A stretch of DNA of 64,000 bases from Anaerolineae bacterium (GTDB lineage Bacteria > Chloroflexota > Anaerolineae > S140-20), in the NCBI GenBank assembly GCA_027021705.1, contig JALUTT010000008.1, positions 10,365-74,364 on the forward strand, in the 5' to 3' direction. A model generated the notes under the pieces. The model saw nothing but the letters and a program-made list of their open reading frames with translations. It did not search any database and was not told where the DNA came from. Positions 51,014 to 60,855 of this stretch are shown here, one piece after another. Each line of letters begins with the position of its first letter. Positions within the stretch are counted from its first letter, which is position 1. Both the position numbers and the translations under genes were made by a program.

Positions 51014-51760
51014 ATGTCACCGTCGGAGCAGGCGGCCTCGCGGGGGGAGCCCAGCTACGTCTGGCGGGCGGGCCAGGAGCGCCGCTTCCAGATGGTCCGC
51101 CGGCACGTACCCCTGGAGGGCCGCCGGGTGCTGGACGTGGGCTGTGGCCTGGGGCTCTACATGGCCGCCTTCCGCCGCCACACCCCCTACGTCTACGGCG
51201 TTGAGATCGAGTTCGAGCGGGCGCGGGAGGCGCGGGGACGGGCTGCCGGCGTCGTCGTCGCCCGGGCGGAAGCCCTCCCCTTCGCGGCCGGCAGCTTCGA
51301 TGTCGTCTTCAGCCACGAGGTGGTGGAGCACGTGGAGGACGACCGGCAGATGGTCATCGAGGCCTGTCGGGTGCTGGCCCCCGGCGGCCACCTGGTCCTC
51401 TTCGCCCCCAACCGGTTCTACTTCTTCGAGACCCACGGCTTCTACTGGCGGGGCCGCTACCACTTCGGCAACATCCCCCTGATCAACTACCTGCCCAACC
51501 CTCTGCGCAACCGGCTGGCCCCCCACGTGCGGGCCTACACCGTCGGGGGCCTGCGCCAGTTGCTGAGGGGGCTTCCCCTTCGTCTACTGCACCACACCCA
51601 GGTCTACCCCGGCTACGATCGGATCGTGGCCCGCCGTCCCCGCCTGGGCCGCCTCCTCCGGGCGGTGACCTACGCGCTGGAGCGCACCCCCCTGCGCCGG
51701 CTGGGGCTGTCGCATTTCCTTGTGGCGCGGAAAGAGGTTCAGCTCAGGCCGGGGCTTTAG
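51014..51760 (+). CDS. Class I SAM-dependent methyltransferase
   Basis: VLDVGCGLG, LPF..GSFDVV.SHEVVEHV. Confidence 0.9.
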   Translation: MSPSEQAASRGEPSYVWRAGQERRFQMVRRHVPLEGRRVLDVGCGLGLYMAAFRRHTPYVYGVEIEFERAREARGRAAGVVVARAEALPFAAGSFDVVFSHEVVEHVEDDRQMVIEACRVLAPGGHLVLFAPNRFYFFETHGFYWRGRYHFGNIPLINYLPNPLRNRLAPHVRAYTVGGLRQLLRGLPLRLLHHTQVYPGYDRIVARRPRLGRLLRAVTYALERTPLRRLGLSHFLVARKEVQLRPGL

Positions 51761-51818
51761 GATCCGGTCACCAAGCCCACAACGAGCACGAAGGACTCCA
51801 AGGGCCGTTTTCTCTTTG

Positions 51819-53090
51819 TCACGCTTGGTGCCCTTTGCGATCGTTGTACACCTTCTCCTCCACGGCGTCGGCGTCGGCGGCGTCGGCCTCCACGTCCCGA
51901 CCCCGCCGAGGCCGGGCCAGGAACTCCCGGTAGAACTCGTGCTGGATCACCAGGTTCATGATCTCGTTGGTGCCCGTCCAGATGGTGATGAGCCGCACGT
52001 CCCGCAGGAGGCGCTCTACCGGGAAGACGTTGGTGTAGCCGATGCCCCCAAGGACCTGCATAGCGTGGTTGACGACCTCCCAGGCCGCCTCGGTGGCGAA
52101 CTTCTTCGCTTCGGAGACCAGCCGGCGCACCTTGCCCGGCGGCTCCGTGCCGCTCTCGATCGCCCGCCCCACGGCGTAGTTCAGCGCCCTGGCCGCGTCC
52201 AGGAGGGTGAGGCTCTCCGCGATCTTGAAGCTGACGGCCTGGAAGCGGCGGATCTTCTGGCCGAAGGCGCGACGCCGGTCGGCGTACCGGGCCGCGATCT
52301 CCAGCGCCGCCCGCCCCATCCCCACAGCACCGCCGGCCGAGGTCATCCGCTCCGGGATCATCATCTGGTGGAAGACGGCTGTGCCGTTGCAGACCCCCGC
52401 CTCGCCCCCCAGGACGTTGGAGATGGGCACCGGCACGTCCTTGAAGACGACCCGGCCCGTACCGCCGCCCCGGGTGCCCATCAGGCCGTAGATGTGGTGC
52501 ACCTCGACGCCGGGGCCCCGCTCGATCAGGAAGGCGGTCATCGCCCGCTTCGGATCCTCAACCCCCTCCACCTTGCCGTAGATCAGAAAGAGGTCCGCCC
52601 CCTCCGCGCCGACGATGAACCGCTTCTGCCCGCTGACGTAGAAGACGTCTCCCTCGCGGCGGGCGCGGGTGGTGGCCCCGAAGAAGTCGGAGCCGCCCCG
52701 GGGCTCCGTCAGCCCCTCGGCCACGGTGAGCCGGCCGGCGATCATCGGCTTCAGGTACTTCTCCTTCTGCTCCTCGGTGCCGAAGACGTGGATCGCCTCG
52801 CCCACGATGGAGACGAGGGAGTAGAGGCAGGCCAGCGCCGTCCCCAGCACCCCTACCTCCTCCAACGCGACCAACTCCGACGTCCAGGGCAACCCGGCCC
52901 CGCCCCACCGGGGGTCGAAGCGGAGGCCGAGGAGCCCCCGCCGTCCGGCCTCCTCCAGGAACTCCCGGGGGTAGGTCACCCTATCGGCGTCCATATCGAG
53001 CAGGAGTTGCCTGGGCACCGAGGCGACGAAGTCCCGCACCCGCTCTCGGAGGGCCTTTTCCGCCCCCGTCAGCATAGCTTCTGTGGACAT
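51819..53090 (-). CDS. Acyl-CoA dehydrogenase
   Basis: [37 protein letters not shown]. Confidence 0.93.
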   Translation of the reverse strand: MSTEAMLTGAEKALRERVRDFVASVPRQLLLDMDADRVTYPREFLEEAGRRGLLGLRFDPRWGGAGLPWTSELVALEEVGVLGTALACLYSLVSIVGEAIHVFGTEEQKEKYLKPMIAGRLTVAEGLTEPRGGSDFFGATTRARREGDVFYVSGQKRFIVGAEGADLFLIYGKVEGVEDPKRAMTAFLIERGPGVEVHHIYGLMGTRGGGTGRVVFKDVPVPISNVLGGEAGVCNGTAVFHQMMIPERMTSAGGAVGMGRAALEIAARYADRRRAFGQKIRRFQAVSFKIAESLTLLDAARALNYAVGRAIESGTEPPGKVRRLVSEAKKFATEAAWEVVNHAMQVLGGIGYTNVFPVERLLRDVRLITIWTGTNEIMNLVIQHEFYREFLARPRRGRDVEADAADADAVEEKVYNDRKGHQA

Positions 53091-53141
53091 AACCCGCTCC
53101 TTGCTTGTTCCCCTGGCAATACTGACCCGGGTCTGAAGCCA

Positions 53142-53966
53142 TCACAGGATGGTGACGTCGGCGGCCAGAAGATGGTGGCGCTTTCCGGCCTCGTCCCGCA
53201 GCCAGAGGGCACCTGTCTCATCTACCGCCTCGGCCAGGCCGGCGAGCGGTCCCTGGGGGGTGTCGGCCACCACCCGCTGCCCCAGGGTGATCAGCCGGTG
53301 TTGCCACTCGGCGTAGGGGCTCCGACCGGCCAGGAGCCGGGCGTAGCGCTCGCCGACGGCGTGCAGGAGCGCCCGGAGCAGGGGGAGCCGCGCTACCGGA
53401 CGCCCCAGGGCCTCCCGCAGGCTGGTGGCCGGGGCGATGAAGGTCGGCGCAGTGCGAAAGTCCACGTTGACGTTGAGGCCGATGCCCACGACGACGTAGT
53501 CGAGCCGGGGTGGCTCCGAGGGTTGGTCCGCCCCCCCGATGCTCGTCTCGGTGAGGAGGCCGGCCACTTTGCGGAGTTCGCCGGCCACCGGCACCAGGAC
53601 GTCGTTGGGCCACTTGAGGGGCGCGTCCAGGCCGGTGACCTGGGCGATGGCGTCGGAGGTGGCGAGGGCGCAGAGCATCATCAGGAGGGAAGCCCGCTCC
53701 GGGGGGAGAGGAGGACGGAAGAGGAGGGAGAGGAGGAGGGCGCTGCCGGCCGGAGCCCACCAGCGGCGGCCCCGGCGGCCCCGGCCGGCCGTCTGTTCTT
53801 CGGCCAGAACGACCAACCCCTCGGGAGCGCCCTTGGTGGCCTCCGCCTTGGCGACGTCGTTGGTCGAGCCGATGCGCTCGTAGAAAAGCACCTGATGGAC
53901 GAAGGGAAGGCCCTGCAAGGCCCTTTCCACCGAGGCCAGCGTCAGACGCTCAGACTCGCGTTCCAT
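53142..53966 (-). CDS. birA: Biotin--protein ligase without HTH
   Basis: STND, QTAGRGRRGR.W, KWPND, KVAG.L.E, GIGLNVN. Confidence 0.93.
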   Translation of the reverse strand: MERESERLTLASVERALQGLPFVHQVLFYERIGSTNDVAKAEATKGAPEGLVVLAEEQTAGRGRRGRRWWAPAGSALLLSLLFRPPLPPERASLLMMLCALATSDAIAQVTGLDAPLKWPNDVLVPVAGELRKVAGLLTETSIGGADQPSEPPRLDYVVVGIGLNVNVDFRTAPTFIAPATSLREALGRPVARLPLLRALLHAVGERYARLLAGRSPYAEWQHRLITLGQRVVADTPQGPLAGLAEAVDETGALWLRDEAGKRHHLLAADVTIL

Positions 53967-53991
53967 TTCTCCGCCCTTATCTATTCGGCCT

Positions 53992-54094
53992 ACCCTCCCA
54001 CAGGCCACCGGTCGAGGGCGCTTTCAGCCCCGATGGGCTATTGGAAGCACGGTTTCGCGTCGGAAACGCGCCTAACCTGCGGGAGGGTGAACAG
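53992..54094 (+). mobile_element. MITE/structured repeat family B, copy 2
   Basis: ACCCTCCCACAGG...ACCTGCGGGAGGGTGAACAG; followed by a GTAG-type REP-like hairpin at about 54105-54131. Confidence 0.8.
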
Positions 54095-54137
54095 GGAGCA
54101 GCACCAGGGGCAGCACAAGGCTGCCCCCTACTGCCCT

Positions 54138-55589
54138 CTACCCTTTGACCACGGCGATGGGGCGCAGGCGGGCCACCTTGCGGGCAATGCCGGCGTTGTG
54201 CACCACCTCGACAACGCTGCTGACGTCCTTGTAGGCCGCCGGGGCCTCCTCGGCCAGCCCCCGCATGCTGCCGGCCCGGACGACGATGCCGCCCCGCTCC
54301 ATCTCTCGCTTCAGCTTGTCTCCCCGTACCGACTTGCGTGCCTTGGCCCGGCTCATCATCCGACCGGCCCCGTGGCAGGTGGAGCCGAAGGTCTGCTCCA
54401 TCGAGCCGGCCGTGCCCACCAGGACGTAGGACTCGGTGCCCATAGAGCCGGGGACCAGGACCGGCTGACCCACCTTCTGGTACTCCGGCGGCAGTTCCTC
54501 GAAGCCGGGGCCGAAGGCCCGCGTGGCCCCCTTGCGGTGGACGCAGACCTCCACCGGCTCGCCGTCAATGATGTGGGTCTCCACCTTGGCCATGTTGTGG
54601 GCGATGTCGTAGACCTGGAAGAGGTCCCAGTCGTCCACCTTGCCGGCCAGAGCCTGCTCGAAGCTCCGGCGCAGGAAGTGGAGCAGCACCTGGCGGTTGG
54701 CGAAGGCGTAGTTGGCCGCTGCCGCCATCGCGCCGAAGTAGGCCTGTCCTTCCGGCGAGTTGAAGGGGGCACAGACCAACTCCCGGTCGGGCAGGTGGAT
54801 GTTGTACTTGTGGATCGCCTGCTGGAAGCTGCGCACGTAGTCGCTGGCGATCTGGTGGCCGAACCCCCGGGAGCCGCAGTGGATCTGGACGACGATCTGC
54901 CCCTCGAAGAGGCCCAGCGCCTCGGCCGCCTCGGGGTAGAAGACCTCCTCTACCACGTCTACCTCGATGAAGTGGTTGCCGGCCCCCAGTGTGCCCACTT
55001 GGGGCCGCCCCCGCTGGCGGGCCCGCCGGCTCACACGGGAGGGATCGGCCCCCGGCAACTGGCCCTTCGCCTCCGTCCGGGCCAGGTCCTCGGGCCGGGC
55101 GTACCCCTTCTCCAGGGCCCAACGAGCCCCCTTCACCATCAGGTCCTCCAGTTCCCGGTCCGACAGGCGCAGGTGGCCCTTGGTCCCCACGCCGCTGGGG
55201 CAGTTGTGGAAGATGGAGGTCGCCAGGTCCTCCAGGTAGGGCGCGATCTCCTCCTGGGTCAGGTGGCTGCCCACCAGCCGGACGCCGCAGTTGACATCAT
55301 ACCCGACTCCTCCAGGGGAGATGACCCCCTCGGGCAGCTTCGTGGCGATCACGCCCCCGATGGGAAAGCCATAGCCCTGATGGATGTCGGGCATCGCCAG
55401 GGCGAACTTGAGGACGCCGGGCAGCGTGGCGGTGTTGATCAACTGCTCCACGGAGCGGTCTCCCAGCGTCGCCTCCAGCATCCGCTCCGTGGCGTAGAGG
55501 CGGGCCGGCACCCGCATATCCTTCCGAAAGGTCTGGGGAATCTCCCACAGGTAGTCGCTGATCTTGCGAAAGTCCTGTTTCCTGATCAT
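54138..55589 (-). CDS. rtcB: RNA-splicing ligase RtcB
   Basis: [53 protein letters not shown]. Confidence 0.96.
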   Translation of the reverse strand: MIRKQDFRKISDYLWEIPQTFRKDMRVPARLYATERMLEATLGDRSVEQLINTATLPGVLKFALAMPDIHQGYGFPIGGVIATKLPEGVISPGGVGYDVNCGVRLVGSHLTQEEIAPYLEDLATSIFHNCPSGVGTKGHLRLSDRELEDLMVKGARWALEKGYARPEDLARTEAKGQLPGADPSRVSRRARQRGRPQVGTLGAGNHFIEVDVVEEVFYPEAAEALGLFEGQIVVQIHCGSRGFGHQIASDYVRSFQQAIHKYNIHLPDRELVCAPFNSPEGQAYFGAMAAAANYAFANRQVLLHFLRRSFEQALAGKVDDWDLFQVYDIAHNMAKVETHIIDGEPVEVCVHRKGATRAFGPGFEELPPEYQKVGQPVLVPGSMGTESYVLVGTAGSMEQTFGSTCHGAGRMMSRAKARKSVRGDKLKREMERGGIVVRAGSMRGLAEEAPAAYKDVSSVVEVVHNAGIARKVARLRPIAVVKG

Positions 55590-55641
55590 CGCGCCCTCCT
55601 CCCGACGTGAGCCGATAACACCAGCGGATAGCGACCGGCAA

Positions 55642-56040
55642 TCAGACGTCAAAGACGATAGTCACCTCGTACCCCTCCCCGGTCCGGCGGATCACCAGGT
55701 TGTGGAAGGTGACGGCTTTGATCTGCTTCTCCAGGTTGGACACGACCTCGCCCTGGACGGTGGCTTGCAGCCGGGTTGGCGTGATCTCATGGACCTCAAA
55801 CTGGCTGAAGACCAGCCCCTCGCTCTCGGTGTACCAGAGCAACTCGCTGAGCCAGTCCACCAGCAGCGTCTCGGCGTCGAAGCTCTCCAGGTTTACCTTC
55901 CGCTCGACGAGGGGCCTCACTCTGGCGAGGTCTGTGACCAGGGCATACATCCCCTGGGCGGCCCTGGTGAAAAGTTCGGCCAGGTCGCGCCCTCGCACGT
56001 GGATTGCCCAATCGGCGGTGTGCTCGATCTCCTCGATCAT
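55642..56040 (-). CDS. Archease
   Basis: EHTAD, IKAVTFH, C-terminal FDV; upstream of rtcB. Confidence 0.95.
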   Translation of the reverse strand: MIEEIEHTADWAIHVRGRDLAELFTRAAQGMYALVTDLARVRPLVERKVNLESFDAETLLVDWLSELLWYTESEGLVFSQFEVHEITPTRLQATVQGEVVSNLEKQIKAVTFHNLVIRRTGEGYEVTIVFDV

Positions 56041-56123
56041 AGGCCCTCGTGGGGATGCAGGAACGGTTTGCGAGGTGGCGGGTCAACGGGGCAACGGGGT
56101 GATGGTCGGTGCGTCTCCAGCCT

Positions 56124-56230
56124 ACCCTCCCGCAGGTCACCGGCCGAGGGCACTCCCAGCCCCGATGGGCTATTGGAAGCACAGTTTCGCGTCGGAAACG
56201 CGCCCAACCTGCGGGAGAGTGAACAGTTAC
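56124..56230 (+). mobile_element. MITE/structured repeat family B, copy 3
   Basis: ACCCTCCCGCAGGT...ACCTGCGGGAGAGTGAACAGTTAC. Confidence 0.8.
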
Positions 56231-56325
56231 GACAGGGCAATGAAAGAGGGGCGCAATCCCATTGCGTCCCTGCTCTCGGCTGCCGAAGGCACTATCTTCC
56301 ACCGCCCCGACCGGCGGGTGTGGCA

Positions 56326-56733
56326 CTACGATGACGTGGGCTTGACCTCGAATTCGAGGGTAGGGCGATAGAAGCAGATCTCAAACACCAGAAAGAAGTT
56401 CGTTTGCCCAAGAATCAGCGGCACATCGTTGCTCTTGACCCACGCGAAAGCCAAACGGACAGGCGCATACTCACCTACCTGTGCCATCACAAACAGCGGC
56501 ATCGCAGGCCGGCTACCTAGACTCCCCGCCAACCGGATGTTTGCTTTGCCGTCGTCCCATACCGCTCCAAGTTACAGGCCGACATCGTAAGGAAGCACGC
56601 TGACCGTTGCACCGCTGTCCACCAAGCCAACGGCTTCAATCTGGCGGTTGTTGTAGCGCAGCACGAGCGGTACGCGCGGCAAGCTATCAAATTCGTCTTG
56701 TGATGGGTCGGTCGTAGAGTACTTAAACCGCAT
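56326..56733 (-). pseudogene. Retropepsin-like aspartyl protease with one in-frame TAA (56572-56574)
   Basis: MRFKY..LVDSGATVSVLP..GL*LG..LILGQTNFF; both halves are in the same frame. Confidence 0.75.
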
Positions 56734-56953
56734 TTGACCACGTGCTGGGGCTGTCGGCCGCTCTCATAGCATCCATTAACACCTTGCCTGCACCAAAGGC
56801 ATTATAGGGTGTTGGCAAGTAATAAATCTTGTATGGCTCAAAGGGAAAGATGTTCTCTTCCAGATCGAGTTCTTCGGCCAAGATGCGAATAAGCCGAATC
56901 TTGTCCAGCGCCGGCAGTTGTCGAATCGCAGGAAGAATCTCGGTCAGGGTCAT
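56723..56953 (-). CDS. Small hypothetical protein overlapping the start of the protease gene
   Basis: RBS GGAGG; MTLTEILPAIRQLPALDKIRLIRILAEEL; 11 nt overlap. Confidence 0.7.
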   Translation of the reverse strand: MTLTEILPAIRQLPALDKIRLIRILAEELDLEENIFPFEPYKIYYLPTPYNAFGAGKVLMDAMRAADSPSTWSNAV

Positions 56954-56997
56954 AGCTTCCTCCAAGTGAGTCAAACTCACCACTAGGGGAGAGGGCC

Positions 56998-57122
56998 GGC
57001 TAACGACGGCGTCAGCGGCGCAGCAGGGCCGGCGCGATACGGTCGCTCACCAAAGCCGTGGCAAGCAAAGCCGCCCGTGACCGCGCGGGGCGAAGCCCTG
57101 TCCGCTGCATGCTGTGTTGGGT
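56998..57122 (-). mobile_element. Integron attC site (125 bp)
   Basis: Minus strand ACCCAAC-ACAGCATGCAGCGGACAGGGC...GCCCTGCTGCGCCGCTGACGCCGTC-GTTAGCC. Confidence 0.7.
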
Positions 57123-57168
57123 AGGTTTTTGGACCATCACCGGAAAGCGCCAAGTCCTGTCGCTTACG

Positions 57169-57486
57169 CTACTTGCTTGTGCCCCCCTGCTTGCCGCGAG
57201 CCTCCAGCCACTTCTTCAGAGACTCAGGCGTTTCCCTAGACCGCCTGCCGGCCAAAATGCCGCTCACGCTCAAATCTTCATCCAGATCCGGCCAATGGAT
57301 GATCGTCCCATCCCCAATGATCTCAAAATGTGCTCGCTCCTCCGATGTGCCGTACCATAGACGGGGATACCAGGCCAGCGGCACACTGATCACCCGCCCA
57401 TCCACCAATTCAACGGTGAGCGTCTCCTCCTTGACCTCAATATGCCGCGCTCGGGCTTCTTGGACTTCAACGACCAAAGAATTCAT
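57169..57486 (-). CDS. DUF2442 family protein (putative antitoxin)
   Basis: L.VELVDGR.ISVPLAWYPRL, IHWPDLDEDLSV.G.LAG. Confidence 0.88.
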   Translation of the reverse strand: MNSLVVEVQEARARHIEVKEETLTVELVDGRVISVPLAWYPRLWYGTSEERAHFEIIGDGTIIHWPDLDEDLSVSGILAGRRSRETPESLKKWLEARGKQGGTSK

Positions 57487-57552
57487 ACCTATACGTTTAT
57501 GGTGGGCATTATGCAAACACCGACGGCATAGGATAAAGACTGCCTCGTCCCA

Positions 57553-57614
57553 TTCTAACGGACTGCGCTTCACCTGCGCCGCGAAGCGGCGTCAGGTGCA
57601 AGCGATTGTTGGGC
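57553..57614 (-). mobile_element. Integron attC site (62 bp)
   Basis: Minus strand GCCCAAC-AATCGCTTGCACCTGACGCCGCTTCGCGGCGCAGGTGAAGCGCAGTCC-GTTAGAA. Confidence 0.8.
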
Positions 57615-57677
57615 GGCAGGTGACGGTTGTTTCATGTCGCCGCCATTGGAACTACCTGAACGAGAAAAACATGTTTT

Positions 57678-58268
57678 CTATGGCTCAACCGTTTCTGTGA
57701 AAATGGAAGTGGCAAAGGGGATGACCAAAGATGGAGGGCTCTGCGGTGATGACAAATCCCCTTGTGTAAGATACAATGTAGCTACACGCACAATGCCGAC
57801 TTCGCGTCCATTGACAGATGCTTTCTTCCCACTATCTGGGTCATATAACCATACCTCCAGACCGTAATCCCCTTCATTAACTTGTGGTGGGAATTGCAAA
57901 TAGTGTTCTGTTATCAGCCGGCCATACGTCCACGAGATGGTTTGTCCGCCGGTATTCCATACAAGTGTTCCATCAACCCTACGCAAACCAATACCAAGGG
58001 CATAAGGATAGGGTGGATTGGCGGTCACTTTCCAGTATAAACGCAAAGGCAACGGAGTGCCGGTGGATACTTGAAGACTTGGCAAGCTGTAGCCCTCTAG
58101 CACAATGCAGTCAGCGAATACATAGTCAGGCAAATTGCTTCGGGCCGGTGTAGGTGTAGTTGCCACTTGTACCGAGACTTGGAACGTGCCGCACCTTACC
58201 AAAGTCAGCGTCAAGAATAGTCCACCCAGGATTAGAGCAACTGGAAAATTTCGATTCTGTGAAGCCAT
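57678..58268 (-). CDS. Putative lipoprotein/exported protein
   Basis: Hydrophobic leader ending LVRC; L.GY.L..G..L.L.LYW..G.Y.LEV.LYD beta-rich domain. Confidence 0.65.
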   Translation of the reverse strand: MASQNRNFPVALILGGLFLTLTLVRCGTFQVSVQVATTPTPARSNLPDYVFADCIVLEGYSLPSLQVSTGTPLPLRLYWKVTANPPYPYALGIGLRRVDGTLVWNTGGQTISWTYGRLITEHYLQFPPQVNEGDYGLEVWLYDPDSGKKASVNGREVGIVRVATLYLTQGDLSSPQSPPSLVIPFATSIFTETVEP

Positions 58269-58313
58269 TTTGGTACCCCAACAAGATTATGGCTATCGGG
58301 GGGATAGATCGGC

Positions 58314-58985
58314 TCAGTGCGAGCCGACAGTATACTGAGCTAGCCAGCAGGGACAACTACCGCTATTGGTTTGGAAGTAGGTCTGCAGTAATGTCCCGTA
58401 CCCCTGTGTATACTCCTGGCCGGGGTTCAGCGACGGATGGCTGCTCAACCACTTGGCAAACCAATTATATGTAAAGCCCGTCCAGCCATCTTTCAACCAA
58501 CGATCTGTTCCTCCGTTGTTGTTTTTCCACCGTTGAAGCCAGATATATTGTCCCAAGTTTGTTTCCTTGAAGTTAGTATACTGTTCCACCTGAGTGCCAC
58601 CCAAGGTGTAGTAGGCATAGTGATCGTACCATTGCCCTGCTACCTCGTTGGGTGCGATGCCGTTTGTTTCGTGCAGTGCAATGGCTCTGGACCTGTCCAA
58701 CGGTGGGACTCTGCCCGTCAGATTCGGGCCACTGACCGGCACTAGATACATCTCCGTAGGCTTGATCACCTGAGGCTCCTCGGGTCGTTCGATCTGCGAG
58801 AGGTCGAGCGGTGGTACTTCACCACTCAGGTTAGGCCCGCTCGCCCGCGTTAGATAGGTCTCGACGGGTACATAGACAGCGGGATTTGCACCTTGGGCCT
58901 GAGCCACGCTTGCCAAGGCAAAAATCAGCGACAGCAGCAGGGTCACCCATCCGCCGGACCTTAGATAAAACATCAATCGTTCCAT
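58314..58985 (-). CDS. Secreted protein with a duplicated Pro-rich motif
   Basis: RBS GAGGAGG; signal peptide ending AQA; SGPNL(S/T)G(E/R)VPPLD twice. Confidence 0.75.
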   Translation of the reverse strand: MERLMFYLRSGGWVTLLLSLIFALASVAQAQGANPAVYVPVETYLTRASGPNLSGEVPPLDLSQIERPEEPQVIKPTEMYLVPVSGPNLTGRVPPLDRSRAIALHETNGIAPNEVAGQWYDHYAYYTLGGTQVEQYTNFKETNLGQYIWLQRWKNNNGGTDRWLKDGWTGFTYNWFAKWLSSHPSLNPGQEYTQGYGTLLQTYFQTNSGSCPCWLAQYTVGSH

Positions 58986-59068
58986 TCTGAACCTCCTCTA
59001 GTTGAGTTTAATCGGATTAATCGAGTAACCTCTACTCCCCGATAGCCTCATCTAGCATAGCAGATGGG

Positions 59069-59119
59069 TGTTACGCCCGTATAACGGTCATATATCAGCC
59101 CGGTTACACGATGTAACAA
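59069..59119 (-). promoter_or_regulatory. Putative OmpR-family binding repeats
   Basis: Minus strand TGTTACA-TCG-TGTAACC and CGTTATA-CGGG-CGTAACA upstream of a TGCTATGCT -10-like element. Confidence 0.4.
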
Positions 59120-59141
59120 TCTGGTGAAATCGCGTCTTGCC

Positions 59142-60071
59142 TTACAACTTGGGCAATCGCACGGTGAACACCGTCCCTCGACTAAGCCGACTGCGCACCA
59201 TAATGCGTCCACCGTGGCACTCGACGATTCTCTTCACCATGGCCAGGCCCAGTCCATTCCCCTCCGTGTTCCTCGCGTTCTTGCCACGATAGAGCTCCTC
59301 AAATATGTAAGGCAGGTCCTCTTTAGCAACCCCCGGCCCATTGTCTGCCACATCAACGGTCACCGCCGCGCCGTCTTCGTATACCCGAACCTCAATGACG
59401 TCGCCAGGGCGGGTAAACTTGCATGCGTTATCGAGCAGATTATAGAAAGCCAACATCAGCAAGTCTCGATCACCCTTCACAGAGGCAGGAGGCCAGGGAA
59501 TCCGTGATGTAATCAACGAGATAGATCGCCCGCTTCGTTCGGGCGTGCTCTGAACGGCGGCGATGGCCTCTTGCACAAGTTTAACCGGATCAACGGGTTC
59601 GTGTTCCAGCAAGTGAGTCTCCAAATCGACCAGCCGGCGCAAGTCTCGAATCAAACGATGCAAACGCACGATTGCGGAATGCATTACCTGTCTTTCTCGA
59701 ATGCCGAGATTACACTGTTGATCCAGACTAGCCAGACTCACCTGGAGAACCGCGAGGGGAGTCTTCATTTCGTGCTCTAGTTGGCGAACGAACCGTTGAT
59801 GCTCGCCGGCGTGGTGTTTACTTGCTTCGGCCAGTGCCCGTATACCACGTCGCAGCCAGTACCACGAAAGTACTTCCCCTGCCCACGCCACGCTGCTGAC
59901 CGTCAGACCACTCAGCAATACAAGCGTGCCTAAATCTACGGTGACCCGCCCTTCCAGAAGATGGTTAGGAAAAATGCCGCTCTGCAAGCTCAGGTCCAGG
60001 AGCAGCCCCAGTACTAAAGGAACGCTGGCGAGGACAAGGGCATAGCGTAGCCATCTAAGGGTCATAGTCAT
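59142..60071 (-). CDS. Sensor histidine kinase
   Basis: Two TM segments, HEMKTPL, NLLDNA.KF, DNGPG, GNGLGL. Confidence 0.93.
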   Translation of the reverse strand: MTMTLRWLRYALVLASVPLVLGLLLDLSLQSGIFPNHLLEGRVTVDLGTLVLLSGLTVSSVAWAGEVLSWYWLRRGIRALAEASKHHAGEHQRFVRQLEHEMKTPLAVLQVSLASLDQQCNLGIRERQVMHSAIVRLHRLIRDLRRLVDLETHLLEHEPVDPVKLVQEAIAAVQSTPERSGRSISLITSRIPWPPASVKGDRDLLMLAFYNLLDNACKFTRPGDVIEVRVYEDGAAVTVDVADNGPGVAKEDLPYIFEELYRGKNARNTEGNGLGLAMVKRIVECHGGRIMVRSRLSRGTVFTVRLPKL

Positions 60072-60793
60072 GCGCGTACCTCGACGAAGCCCACAAAACG
60101 ATAGCCCACTCCGATGATCGTCTCAATAAAGCGGGGGGCTTTGGAGTCGTCCTTCAACTTCCTGCGCAGTTCCGCGATGCGAACGTCCACTGTGCGCGTC
60201 GTGATCGGATACTCCCATCCCCATATTGCATCCAGCAGCCGCTCACGGGTGATGACCTGATCGGGATGGCACATCAGGTATTCCAGGACTGAAAAAGCCT
60301 TGGCACTTAGAGCGAGTTCATGTTTGCCCAGCCATGCCCGACGAGATAAACGATCTATAACCAAGGGACCAGAAACGAGGCGAGGAGCGCCTGCAAACGA
60401 AGATTGAACCTGCCGGGCACGACGCAACAAGGCGCGAATCCGTGCGACCAGTTCACTGGGATCAAAGGGTTTATTCAGATAGTCGTCCGCACCTTCTTCC
60501 AAACTCATAGCCCGCTCCTGAGGACTGCCGATTTGACTCAGCATGATGATCGGCGTCCAATTGCCTTGAGCCCGCAAACGTCGGCACACTTCGCGTCCAT
60601 CGGGGGCGGGTATGAGAACATCCAGCACGATCACGTCCGGCTTGAACTCTTTGATCCGAACCAACGCCGTATTGCCATCTAGCGCGGTTTCGACAAGGAA
60701 CCCCGTTCGTTTCAAAAAGGGAGCGAGGACGTCCAGGAAGGACTTTTCATCATCAACGATTAACACCCTGGCTCTAACCATATGCGCTCCCAT
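60068..60793 (-). CDS. OmpR-family response regulator
   Basis: VDDE, VLDV, GADDYLNKPF, RTVDVRIAELRRKL, GVGYRF. Confidence 0.94.
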   Translation of the reverse strand: MGAHMVRARVLIVDDEKSFLDVLAPFLKRTGFLVETALDGNTALVRIKEFKPDVIVLDVLIPAPDGREVCRRLRAQGNWTPIIMLSQIGSPQERAMSLEEGADDYLNKPFDPSELVARIRALLRRARQVQSSFAGAPRLVSGPLVIDRLSRRAWLGKHELALSAKAFSVLEYLMCHPDQVITRERLLDAIWGWEYPITTRTVDVRIAELRRKLKDDSKAPRFIETIIGVGYRFVGFVEVRA

Positions 60794-60855
60794 CAATGTG
60801 CCGCCCAACAAAAGGATTATACCACGGCGAACCACCGTTGACCACCGAAGGGCAT

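Noticed and set aside
51765..51850. Weak palindrome overlapping the acyl-CoA dehydrogenase stop
   Set aside because: Too degenerate and single-copy here to define an element
51720..55610. 1296 aa plus-strand ORF, and similar long ORFs at 8112-9803, 13497-15905, 17023-19218 and 61605-63749
   Set aside because: Antisense to well-supported genes, no motifs; expected in high-GC DNA
56572..56574. Programmed readthrough or recoding in the protease gene
   Set aside because: The stop is TAA, not TGA or TAG, and no recoding hairpin was seen; point mutation or sequencing error is simpler
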